Origin: Lacunisphaera sp.
GTDB taxonomy: Bacteria; Verrucomicrobiota; Verrucomicrobiia; Opitutales; Opitutaceae
NCBI GenBank assembly: GCA_029945855.1
Contig: JAQSDJ010000324.1
Location: 40,101 to 104,100, forward strand
Length of the DNA: 64,000 nucleotides
Direction of reading: 5' to 3'
Positions 11,965 to 20,121 of the stretch are shown here, in pieces. A model generated the notes under the pieces. That model searched no databases. It had not been told where the DNA came from and was given only the letters and a program-made list of their open reading frames with translations. Positions within the stretch are counted from its first letter, which is position 1. Each line of letters opens with the position of its first letter. The translations under genes were made by a program, and so were the position numbers.

Positions 11965-13104
11965 TTATTGCAGACCGCCGGCCACCGCACCGAGTTGGAA
12001 GATCGGCAGGAACATGGCCATGACGATGCCGCCGACCACCACGCCGAGGAAGACGATGAGCAGCGGCTCGATCAGCGAGGTGAGCGCGGACACGGTCGCG
12101 TCGATCTCGGTGTCGTAGAAGTCGGCGATCTTGTTCATCATGCCGTCCACGTTGCCGGTGGTTTCACCGGCTTTGACCATGTGCTTCATCATGGGCGGGA
12201 AGAAGGTGTTGACCGCCATGATGTCCGAAACCTGGCCGCCCTGGCTGACGTGCTTGGCGATCTCGGTGCAGGCGTCCTCGACCTGACACTTGCCGCTGGC
12301 GGAGGAGACAATCTCCAGCGTGCGCAGGATCGGCACGCCCGAGCGCATCAGCGTGGCGTAGGTGCGGCAGAAGCGGGAGAGGGCGATCTTGTGCACCAGG
12401 TTGCCGAAGATGGGTGCCTTGACGAGAAACTGGTCCTTCTGGCGGCGGCCGTTGGGCGTCGCGACATATTTGCTGGTGAAGAAAAAGATTCCATAGGCGC
12501 CGAGACCGAGGGCCCACCACCAGGCCTTCATGAAGTCGCTGAGGTCGATGAGCATCTGGGTCGGGGCCGGCAGCTTGGCGCCGAAGTCCGCGAACATGGC
12601 GGCGAACACCGGGATGACGAAGATCAGCAGCACGTTGACCAGGGCGACCGCCAGGCCGATGACCGCGATCGGGTAGGTCATGGCCGACTTCACCTTCTTG
12701 GTCAGCTTGACCGTGGATTCGAAGTAGCCGGCCACCTTGCCCAGGATCTCAGCCAGGCCGCCGGACGCCTCACCGGCCTCGACCATGGAAATGAAGAGAT
12801 TGGGGAACGCCTTGGGAAACTTTTTCACCGCCGAGGAGAAGGAAGTGCCGGTGGAGATATCGTTGCGAACATCGCGGATCACGATGCGGAAAACCTGGTC
12901 CTCGGTTTGGTCCTGCAACGCCTCCAAGCAAGAGACGAGGGGCAGGCCGGCCTGCAGCAAGGACGCCAACTGGCTGGTAAAGAGGGAGAGCTCGGAGAGA
13001 TCGAGCTTGTAGGACTTTGCTTTCTTCTCGAGGGCCTTCTGTTTGGCCAACGCTTGGGCCGCCTTGACGCTGGACTGGGGTTTGGATGCCGCTGAAGTCG
13101 CCAT
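11965..13104 (-). CDS. Type II secretion system F / type IV pilus platform protein (PilC-like)
   Basis: FTSQLASLLQAGLPL, AGEASGGLAEIL, AMTYP, TLMRSGVPIL, GETTGNVD, IEPLLIVFLG...AMFLPIF. Confidence 0.93.
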   Translation of the reverse strand: MATSAASKPQSSVKAAQALAKQKALEKKAKSYKLDLSELSLFTSQLASLLQAGLPLVSCLEALQDQTEDQVFRIVIRDVRNDISTGTSFSSAVKKFPKAFPNLFISMVEAGEASGGLAEILGKVAGYFESTVKLTKKVKSAMTYPIAVIGLAVALVNVLLIFVIPVFAAMFADFGAKLPAPTQMLIDLSDFMKAWWWALGLGAYGIFFFTSKYVATPNGRRQKDQFLVKAPIFGNLVHKIALSRFCRTYATLMRSGVPILRTLEIVSSASGKCQVEDACTEIAKHVSQGGQVSDIMAVNTFFPPMMKHMVKAGETTGNVDGMMNKIADFYDTEIDATVSALTSLIEPLLIVFLGVVVGGIVMAMFLPIFQLGAVAGGLQ

Positions 13105-13226
13105 ATGGCGACGAGATATGTGCATTCCCCCAGCGCGGGCAATCCCTTTTACTGTTCCGACGGCGTTGGATCCGCGAACAAAAGCTTGAATGGCCGCCCG
13201 GCGGGGACACGCTGCCCAACGATCAT

Positions 13227-13300
13227 GCGGCTATAGTTTAATGGTAAAACTCCTGCCTTCCAAGCAGGTATCGTCGGTTCGATTCCGACTAGCCGCTCCA
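13227..13300 (+). tRNA. tRNA-Gly (UCC)
   Basis: GCGGCTATAGTTTAATGGTAAAAC..CCTGC-CTTCCAA-GCAGG..GGTTCGATTCC..AGCCGCTCCA; anticodon TCC. Confidence 0.97.
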
Positions 13301-13437
13301 GCCTTCGCCGAGCGGAGCGAGGACGAAGGCTGCCGGCCGCCGGCCTTGCGCAGGACGCCATTTCACTCCCATGCGCACCCCGAGGGGTTACGGCTGGCAG
13401 GCCAGCCAAGGCTGCCGCCCGCAGTATTGGCGAAGGC
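13301..13437. repeat. Structured repeat element abutting tRNA-Gly 3' end
   Basis: Perfect 9-bp terminal inverted repeat GCCTTCGCC/GGCGAAGGC, internal direct repeat AAGGCTGCCG (13326, 13408), hairpin GGCTGGCAGGCCAGCC. Confidence 0.55.
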
Positions 13438-13487
13438 AAGCTTTGCACTCACACAGCCGCTTGTGTTTCAGCTTTTTTTGACCGGCT

Positions 13488-14384
13488 TCAGAGCATGAAA
13501 TAGTTTTCTTCCATCCCGAGGAACCGCCGGCTGGGCGGGGCATAGACCACGCGCCAGACATCCGCGTAACGGGTCCAGGGACCGGGCACGGGACCGTCGT
13601 AGACCAGCTTGAGCTCCGCCGTGGCCCGGGCCGGCGAACGCAGCCGCTCGAGAAACAGCTCATGGCCTTCATCGAGGGCGAAGAACAGGCTGCGGCGCTC
13701 GAGGGGATGCGCCGTGGCGGGCAGTTGGTCGCGGATCCGGCCGGCATGACTGAGGGCGAACCGGGCCACAACCTGCGCATGCCGCTCCATCTCGATCGCC
13801 GCCTTTCCGCAGGCGGTGTCGAAATCCATTGCCGCCCCGTGGCCGTAGGCGACAAAGCCGGCCTCGGTCCGCTTGAAGAGGATCACCGTGATCCCCGGGG
13901 CCGGCGAGCAGATGGTCGCCGCCCGCATGCCGGGCCAGCGGGTTTCGGACTCGCGGGCGGTCAGCCGCCCCTCCCACCAATTCAGCAGGTTGAACCGCTC
14001 GGCTGCCTCCATCAAGGCGACCTGCCGCGCCTGCCGGCGCCACAGACCCGGAAACGCCGCCAGCCCGTTGCTGGACGGGTCGACATCAAAGCCATATTTG
14101 TGGCGTTCGGGGCCTTGATGCATTTCCCAATGGGCCCAACGCTCCATCGCCTCGGAGATGGCCTTGAACCGCGCCACCATGGGCGACGCGTCGGTGCCGC
14201 TGCCGTTCGCCCGGCTGTAGAGCGAATTACCGTCCCGTTTGCCCGCCAGCTCGCCGATGAGATAGGCGTTGGCCAGGAAACGGCGCTCGCCCAGCACCTG
14301 GGTATCCGCGATTTCCAATCTCTCGATCGGACCGCCCGCGGTCACCAGCACATTCCGATAACGATATGCGGCCAGGCTAAGCAC
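13488..14384 (-). CDS. Compact YcaO-like protein
   Basis: GSGT..A..KAISEAMER, SSNGLAA, ALMEAAERF, GHGAAMDFDTACGKAAIEMER and C-terminal RVVYAP match the ordered YcaO motifs; GTG start 16 nt after the peptide ORF. Confidence 0.8.
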   Translation of the reverse strand: MLSLAAYRYRNVLVTAGGPIERLEIADTQVLGERRFLANAYLIGELAGKRDGNSLYSRANGSGTDASPMVARFKAISEAMERWAHWEMHQGPERHKYGFDVDPSSNGLAAFPGLWRRQARQVALMEAAERFNLLNWWEGRLTARESETRWPGMRAATICSPAPGITVILFKRTEAGFVAYGHGAAMDFDTACGKAAIEMERHAQVVARFALSHAGRIRDQLPATAHPLERRSLFFALDEGHELFLERLRSPARATAELKLVYDGPVPGPWTRYADVWRVVYAPPSRRFLGMEENYFML

Positions 14385-14400
14385 GACGGCTCAAGCGGGC

Positions 14401-14589
14401 TTATTGACCGGTCTCGGGCGTGAAGGCGCAGAACATGACGCAGCCTTCGCAAGGTTCGGCCGACACAAGGACCTTGTTCGAAATGCTGCCCTTGTGCATC
14501 GGATCAAATTTTTCCGCGGCGCCGGTGAGGCCGACATTGAGAAGCAGGCTCGAAGCGAGCCCGGTGAGGGTGTTGTTGATTGAGTTCAT
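14401..14589 (-). CDS. 62-aa Cys-rich peptide, candidate RiPP precursor
   Basis: MNSINNTLTGLASSLLLNVGLTGAAEKFDPMHKGSISNKVLVSAEPCEGCVMFCAFTPETGQ; co-directional with and directly upstream of the YcaO-like gene. Confidence 0.65.
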   Translation of the reverse strand: MNSINNTLTGLASSLLLNVGLTGAAEKFDPMHKGSISNKVLVSAEPCEGCVMFCAFTPETGQ

Positions 14590-14637
14590 CGGCGGCAGTA
14601 TCGCGAAAAAGGCCCGCACAACCGATGCGCAAAACCG

Positions 14638-14681
14638 CCTGAAATGGAGGCGATTCAGGTCGGTCACGCGTGTCACGACCT
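14638..14681. promoter_or_regulatory. Candidate operator palindromes in the divergent peptide/kinase promoter
   Basis: CCTGAA-N10-TTCAGG (14638-14659) overlapping AGGTCG-GT-CACGCGTG-TCA-CGACCT (14657-14681). Confidence 0.35.
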
Positions 14682-14748
14682 CACCTAAAGCAAGGTTTCA
14701 GAGAAAGTTGCTGCGGTGCCGCTGATTAAGCTATTTATCAATGATCCA

Positions 14749-17700
14749 GTGAGCACCGCCGTCCACAGCCCCCGAGCCATCTTGCTGGTCGTGTATTTCG
14801 GATTGGCGTGCCCTTCGTTGTTTGGTTCCTGGGTTAACAAGACAACCGGGCTGCCGTTGGTGGAGAATTTTTCCACCAAGGAATTCGGGCTAGGTGAGAC
14901 CAAGTTGGTCGTCCTACAGGATATCTACGGACGACTGTTTGTCGGCGGACAAGGCTTGCAGGTGTTCGACGGGCAGTCGTGGCGAACCTATCCCGTGGGC
15001 GCCGGTTATTCGCTGATGTCCCTGGCATTCGGACAAGGTAACCGGCTATGGGCCGGGGCGGTCAACGAAGTCGGATACTTTGATGAGGAATCCGTGGGAA
15101 CCTTCAAATATCATTCGCTCGCTTTCCGTCTTCCCAAAGAGCAACTGCCCGTGGGGGAAGTCTTCGGCTGCGCTCAGGTCGGACGCGTGGTTTATTTCGT
15201 CTGTCGGGATAAAATCCTGCGCTGGGATGGCGAAGCCTTCCAGGTCCATTCATTCGCGACCAAAAACCGTCTATATCCCATGAGTCTGGGTGATGAATTT
15301 TGGGTTCAACACGTGGAAACCGGGCTGTATCGGCTGACCGAGGAAGGGGCCCAGCTCGAACTCCCGGCGAACGCCCTGCCAATGGCCGGGATACTCGGAC
15401 TGGTCAAAGATGATGGAGGTATCCTGGTTGCGAGCGGCTACGGACTATTCCGGCCGGGAACGCCGCCCCTCCGGATATCCGACGACCCGCTGACCCGGCA
15501 CATTTCGGACAACCGGCTCTCATCCTTTGCCCCCCTGCCGGGCGGCAACTATGCTTTGGGCACGGTCAACGGCGGCTTGGTGATTGCCAGCAAGGATGGG
15601 CGACCCTTGCGAATTTTGGATACCAGCGACGGCTTGCCCGCCCGCTTTGCGTATTCGTTCCAAACTGACGCCAACGGTTATCTTTGGTGTGCCACACCGA
15701 GCGGGATAATGAACCTCGAGGGCTCCGGGCAGGTAAGTGTGTTCAATGCTCTCAACGGATTGAAAGGCAAGGTTGTCCAATTCATCCGACTGCCCGATTC
15801 CAGGTTGTTCGCCATCACGATGGAGGGAGTCTACCAATTATCCGAAACCCAGACAGATGGAGGGCATTTCCAACCATTGCCGCCGCTCACGGCCACCTAC
15901 AAGCACCTGCTGCCGGTGTCCGGCGGCCTGGTGCTGATGCGCCATGGCGGGGTGGACTTTTATAATGGTTCGACGGTGCGGACAATTCTCCACCTCGACG
16001 GCAATGGCGTGTATTTCGCCATGGCCGCCCGGGCCGAACCCAAAACCCTGTTCATCCTTGAGAACAGAGGTTTATCCCGACTGGTGGAACAATCCGATGG
16101 GGCTTATGCCTACGAACATCTGATGAAGCTGCCAGACTTCGTGCAGTCGATGCATGAGGATGCCAACGGCCGGCTCTGGCTCGGCACCATCGGCGAAGGC
16201 GCGTTCATCTACGACCCGGTCGCCAAGCAGCTCTCCCTCCTCAAGCATCCCGAGACGGGGCACCCCATGTCAGGGCCGGTTTCCATCATCGGCACAACCC
16301 AGGGCATTTTGGTTTTTGCCAACGGCCAGGTGCTCAAGGCCGGGAACGACGGATCACACCTGAAGATCTTGAGTGGCACACCCACGATCAATCCGCTGGT
16401 GATAGTCCCGGCTCCCAACGGACAGGATCTGCTGGTCACCTTTCGGCACATCGCCCCCGCCGACGATTCCACGCAAGGCTTGGGCGTGCTGACCGTCGCA
16501 GCGTCAGGGCAGACCCAGTGGCGCGAATTGGACGTGCCGGCGCTAAACACGGTTGGATTCGTGAACACAATTGCATTCACCGAGGAAAACGGACGGCAGA
16601 TTCTCTGGGTGGGCGGCAATAATGGCGCCCTGCGGCTGGATTACGGTGCACTTAACCCGGTGCAAAGCCCCTCCACGCCGTTCATCCGGCTGGATACGCA
16701 GAATGCGGGATTGGTTTCCGATGCGGACGGTTTTTCGTTCCATTTCAAAAGCCATCATCTGAATTTCCATGTCTTCACGGGCGACCATGTCCGAAGCAAG
16801 GACTGGCTGCTGCAGTCGCGCCTGGCCGGCAGCGAATGGTCGGCCCCGGCGGCGCGGCGCGCGTTTGAATTCAGCAACCTGTCCGAGGGTGACTACCGGT
16901 TCGAGGTCCGCACCGTCAACGCCGCCGGCCTGGCCAGCGAGCCCGCCGTGTTCGCCTTTCGCATTTTGCCGCCGTGGTATCGCTCCACCTGGGCCCTGCT
17001 CGGCTACGCCGCGGCGCTCGTCCTGACGGTCCTGGCCGTCATCCGCATCCGCGAGCGCCGGATCCGCGAGCGCAACGAGGAACTGGAGGGCCTCGTCACG
17101 GTCCGCACCGCCGAGCTGGTGAAGGCCAACGCCGCGAAGGACGAATTCCTCGCGGGCATCAGCCACGAGATCCGCAACCCGATGAACGGCGTCATCGGCA
17201 TCGCCGACAATTTCCGCACCGAAAGCCTCGACCCGGAAAGCCGGCGCAAGTTCGGCCTGCTCCGCCAGTGCGCCACGCACCTGTCCTCGCTGCTGGAGGA
17301 CATCCTGGACTTTTCCAAGGTGCAGGCCGGCGCCGTCGAGATTGAGGCCAGGGTTTTCAACCTGCCCGAGCTGATGGACTCGATCACCGCCATGACGGCC
17401 GCCGAGAGCGAGAAGCGCGGCATCCCCGTCGAGATCGCGGTCTCGCCCGCCGTGCCCGCGCTCCTGGTCGGCGATCCCAAGCGCATCCGGCAAATCCTGC
17501 TGAACTTCGTCAGCAACGCCCTGAAGTTCTCCGGGCGCGGCCAGGTGAGTGTCACCGTCTGGTGCAAGCACCTGCAGCCCGGCTCCACGGAGGTCATTTT
17601 CGCGGTATCCGACGAGGGGCCCGGCATCTCGCCGGAGGAACAGCAGCGGCTCTTCACCCGGTTTGAGCGCGGCGCCGCCGCCCAGCAGGGCCGCGTGCCC

Positions 17701-18621
17701 GGCACCGGCCTCGGCCTGGCCCTCTGCAAGGGCCTCGCGGAAAAAATGGGCGGCCGCATCTGGCTGGAAAGCGAACCAGGCCAGGGCTCGTGCTTCTCGT
17801 TCAGCGCGCCCTTTGCAATTGCCGAGCCCGAGGGCGCCCCGGCCGCCGCCGCCGCCCCCGCCGCTCCGGTCCAGCCGAAAGCGGCGCTGGTCGTGGATGA
17901 CCAGGAATACAACCGCATCGTCCTGGCGGACCTGCTCGAGACCCTGGGCTTTGCCGTGCAGAGCGTCGGGGACGGCACCGCCGCGCTCGCGCTGGCCGAG
18001 CGCGAGGACTTCGACGCGGTTTTCCTCGATTTCAACCTGCCCGGCCTGAGCGGCGTGGACGTGGCCCGCGCCATCCGCGCCCTGCCCAACCGGTCTGCCG
18101 CGGCGGTCATCCTCGCGACCACCGCCTTCAGCACGCCGGAAAAACGCAGCCAGTGCCTGGCGGCCGGCATGAACGCCTTCATCGGCAAGCCGGTGACGAT
18201 GGAGCGGCTGCGGAAAGCCCTGGCCGGCACCATGCCCGGCAGCGCGGTGCCGGTCCCCGCGGCGCCCCGTCCGGCCGTTGACGGGCTCGCCAACCTGCGC
18301 CTGCTCGCGCAAAGGAAACAGGCTTCCTTCGCCGAGGAACTGGCGCTCTACCTGTCCGAGCTCGACGTCGATTTCGACCAGCTCCAAGCCGCCGTCCGGG
18401 CGGAAGATTCCACCGGCACCGCCCGTTGCGCCCACTCGCTCTACGGCCGCTGCGCCTTCATCGCCGAGCGGACGCTCGAGCAGGCGCTGCGGGCGGTCGA
18501 GGCGGACGCCGCCACCGGTCACTGGGACGAGGTGCGCCGGCAGCTGGCCCCGCTGTCCGCCCAGGTGGCGGAGCTGCGCGCCCGGCTTACTTCTTCCGCC
18601 CCAACTGCTCCACCCGCGTGA
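14749..18621 (+). CDS. Hybrid sensor histidine kinase (beta-propeller, Y_Y_Y, TM, HisKA, HATPase, REC, HPt)
   Basis: FSNLSEGDYRFEVRTVN (Y_Y_Y), PWYRSTWALLGY TM, SHEIRNPMNG H-box, NALKF/DEGPGI/GTGLGL boxes, VVDD..FLDFNLPG receiver, AHSLYG HPt; start uncertain (14716 or 14749). Confidence 0.92.
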   Translation: MSTAVHSPRAILLVVYFGLACPSLFGSWVNKTTGLPLVENFSTKEFGLGETKLVVLQDIYGRLFVGGQGLQVFDGQSWRTYPVGAGYSLMSLAFGQGNRLWAGAVNEVGYFDEESVGTFKYHSLAFRLPKEQLPVGEVFGCAQVGRVVYFVCRDKILRWDGEAFQVHSFATKNRLYPMSLGDEFWVQHVETGLYRLTEEGAQLELPANALPMAGILGLVKDDGGILVASGYGLFRPGTPPLRISDDPLTRHISDNRLSSFAPLPGGNYALGTVNGGLVIASKDGRPLRILDTSDGLPARFAYSFQTDANGYLWCATPSGIMNLEGSGQVSVFNALNGLKGKVVQFIRLPDSRLFAITMEGVYQLSETQTDGGHFQPLPPLTATYKHLLPVSGGLVLMRHGGVDFYNGSTVRTILHLDGNGVYFAMAARAEPKTLFILENRGLSRLVEQSDGAYAYEHLMKLPDFVQSMHEDANGRLWLGTIGEGAFIYDPVAKQLSLLKHPETGHPMSGPVSIIGTTQGILVFANGQVLKAGNDGSHLKILSGTPTINPLVIVPAPNGQDLLVTFRHIAPADDSTQGLGVLTVAASGQTQWRELDVPALNTVGFVNTIAFTEENGRQILWVGGNNGALRLDYGALNPVQSPSTPFIRLDTQNAGLVSDADGFSFHFKSHHLNFHVFTGDHVRSKDWLLQSRLAGSEWSAPAARRAFEFSNLSEGDYRFEVRTVNAAGLASEPAVFAFRILPPWYRSTWALLGYAAALVLTVLAVIRIRERRIRERNEELEGLVTVRTAELVKANAAKDEFLAGISHEIRNPMNGVIGIADNFRTESLDPESRRKFGLLRQCATHLSSLLEDILDFSKVQAGAVEIEARVFNLPELMDSITAMTAAESEKRGIPVEIAVSPAVPALLVGDPKRIRQILLNFVSNALKFSGRGQVSVTVWCKHLQPGSTEVIFAVSDEGPGISPEEQQRLFTRFERGAAAQQGRVPGTGLGLALCKGLAEKMGGRIWLESEPGQGSCFSFSAPFAIAEPEGAPAAAAAPAAPVQPKAALVVDDQEYNRIVLADLLETLGFAVQSVGDGTAALALAEREDFDAVFLDFNLPGLSGVDVARAIRALPNRSAAAVILATTAFSTPEKRSQCLAAGMNAFIGKPVTMERLRKALAGTMPGSAVPVPAAPRPAVDGLANLRLLAQRKQASFAEELALYLSELDVDFDQLQAAVRAEDSTGTARCAHSLYGRCAFIAERTLEQALRAVEADAATGHWDEVRRQLAPLSAQVAELRARLTSSAPTAPPA

Positions 18622-19279
18622 GGCCGTTGACGATGGCGTAGTGGATCAGCTTCGGCGTCGTGTGGACGTCGAGCTTGGTCATGATGTCGCGGCGCCGCGA
18701 CTGCACCGTGGCGGGGCTGATGTTCAGCACCGTGGCGATCTCCTCGTCGGTCTTGGATTCGCCGATCATCGAAAGGATGCGGGTCTCGTAGTCGGACAGC
18801 ACACGGATAAACGCCTTGGGGTCGCGGCGGATGCTGGCGCTCGATTCGTTCACGATCGGGGTGTAATAGACACGGCCCGCGAGCACCGCGTGGATCGCCT
18901 CCGTCAGCACCTCCCGGCGCTGCTCGTTCTTGTCCACGAAGCCGTGCAGCCCGATCCGCTGCACCTGCAGCATCGTCCACGGGTCGCGGTGCGAGGAGAT
19001 GGCGAGGATCTTCACCTCGGGCAGCTCGTCGAGGATGGTCTTCGCCAGCTCCAGCCCATCGCCATCGGGCAGCGAGATGTCCAGCAGCACCAGGTCCGAG
19101 CGCTGCGCGCGGATGGCGGCCAGCCCCTCCCGGCAGGTGCCGCAGAGCTGCACCACCTCGAGCCCGAGGTCCCGGCAGTGGAAGTTGAGGAATTCCGCCA
19201 CCAACCGCTGGTCCTCCACCACAATCACGCGGCCGAGACTCGGTCGGTCTCCAATTCCATTTCCGGATTGTGGCTCCAT
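18587..19279 (-). CDS. NarL/LuxR-family response regulator
   Basis: VIVVEDQ..LVLLDISLPDGDG receiver; LSDYETRIL..EIATVLNISPATVQSRRRDIMTKLDV HTH. Confidence 0.93.
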   Translation of the reverse strand: MEPQSGNGIGDRPSLGRVIVVEDQRLVAEFLNFHCRDLGLEVVQLCGTCREGLAAIRAQRSDLVLLDISLPDGDGLELAKTILDELPEVKILAISSHRDPWTMLQVQRIGLHGFVDKNEQRREVLTEAIHAVLAGRVYYTPIVNESSASIRRDPKAFIRVLSDYETRILSMIGESKTDEEIATVLNISPATVQSRRRDIMTKLDVHTTPKLIHYAIVNGLTRVEQLGRKK

Positions 19280-19401
19280 GGTATTGGCTCGTCTCATTGC
19301 ATCGGGGCGCGCAAAAGATATTTCAACGCATGGCGCCACCGGGGGATTTCTCTTCCCCGCGGCTTGCTTCATGTTGTTGTTTTTGGCCCGGATTGCTCAC
19401 G

Positions 19402-20121
19402 ATGAATATCATTTTGTTTCGCCCTCACGAAGTCGAGCTTCCCCTGTCCCGACACGATCCCCGCGCGCGACATATCCTCGATATCTTGCGCCGGCGGCCG
19501 GGCGATACTTTTGATGCCGGGTTGATCAACGGCCCGCGGGGCCGCGGCACCCTCGTCTCCGTCGAGAACGAATTACTTTTAATCACGTTTGTGTGGGGTG
19601 AATTCCCTCCTCCGCCCTGTCCGCTTACGTTGGTGATCGGCCTGCCCCGCCCGCAAACCGCCCGCGATATTTTGCGCGACGCGACCACGCTGGGGGTCGC
19701 GGCACTGCATTTTGTTTGCACCGACAAGGGCGAACCCAGCTACGCCCGCAGCAAGCTCTGGCAGGACGGCGAATGGGAACGCCACGTCATCACCGGGGCA
19801 GAGCAGGCCTTTTGCACCCGGGTGCCCGAGGTCACGCACGGGCTTGCACTCGCTGAAATTCTCGCCGGCCTTCCGGCTGGTTCCACCCGGATTGCGCTCG
19901 ACAACTACGAAGCCCCGGTGGCCCTCGGCACTGGTCCTTTGACCGGCAGCACCTCAGCCGTGCTGGCGCTCGGGGCCGAGCGCGGCTGGTCGGAGGTCGA
20001 GCGCGAACGGCTGCGGTCGGCGGGCTTTGCCTTCGCCCACCTCGGCCCGCGCGTGCTGCGCACCGAGACGGCGTGCATCGCGGCGATCACCCTGCTCAAG
20101 GCGCGGCTCGGCTGGACCTGA
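19402..20121 (+). CDS. rsmE: 16S rRNA m3U1498 methyltransferase
   Basis: HILDILR, LPRPQTARDIL, ITGAEQA, LGAERGWS, LGPRVLRTETA SPOUT motifs. Confidence 0.88.
   Translation: MNIILFRPHEVELPLSRHDPRARHILDILRRRPGDTFDAGLINGPRGRGTLVSVENELLLITFVWGEFPPPPCPLTLVIGLPRPQTARDILRDATTLGVAALHFVCTDKGEPSYARSKLWQDGEWERHVITGAEQAFCTRVPEVTHGLALAEILAGLPAGSTRIALDNYEAPVALGTGPLTGSTSAVLALGAERGWSEVERERLRSAGFAFAHLGPRVLRTETACIAAITLLKARLGWT

Noticed and set aside
14425-14450. CxxCxxxC as a radical-SAM or ferredoxin motif
   Set aside because: Order is reversed relative to radical SAM CxxxCxxC, the fourth ferredoxin Cys is missing, and the product is only 62 aa.
14420-14725. 101-aa plus-strand ORF opposite the peptide gene
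   Set aside because: No recognisable features; the minus-strand peptide fits operon geometry with the YcaO-like gene better. Not formally excluded.
19261-19278. TTCCGGATTGTGGCTCCA resembling the tRNA-Gly 3' end (TTCCGACTAGCCGCTCCA) as a possible attR
   Set aside because: Only 13/18 identity, plausible by chance in several kb of GC-rich DNA; it overlaps the regulator start codon and no integrase is present. An integrative island is therefore not claimed.
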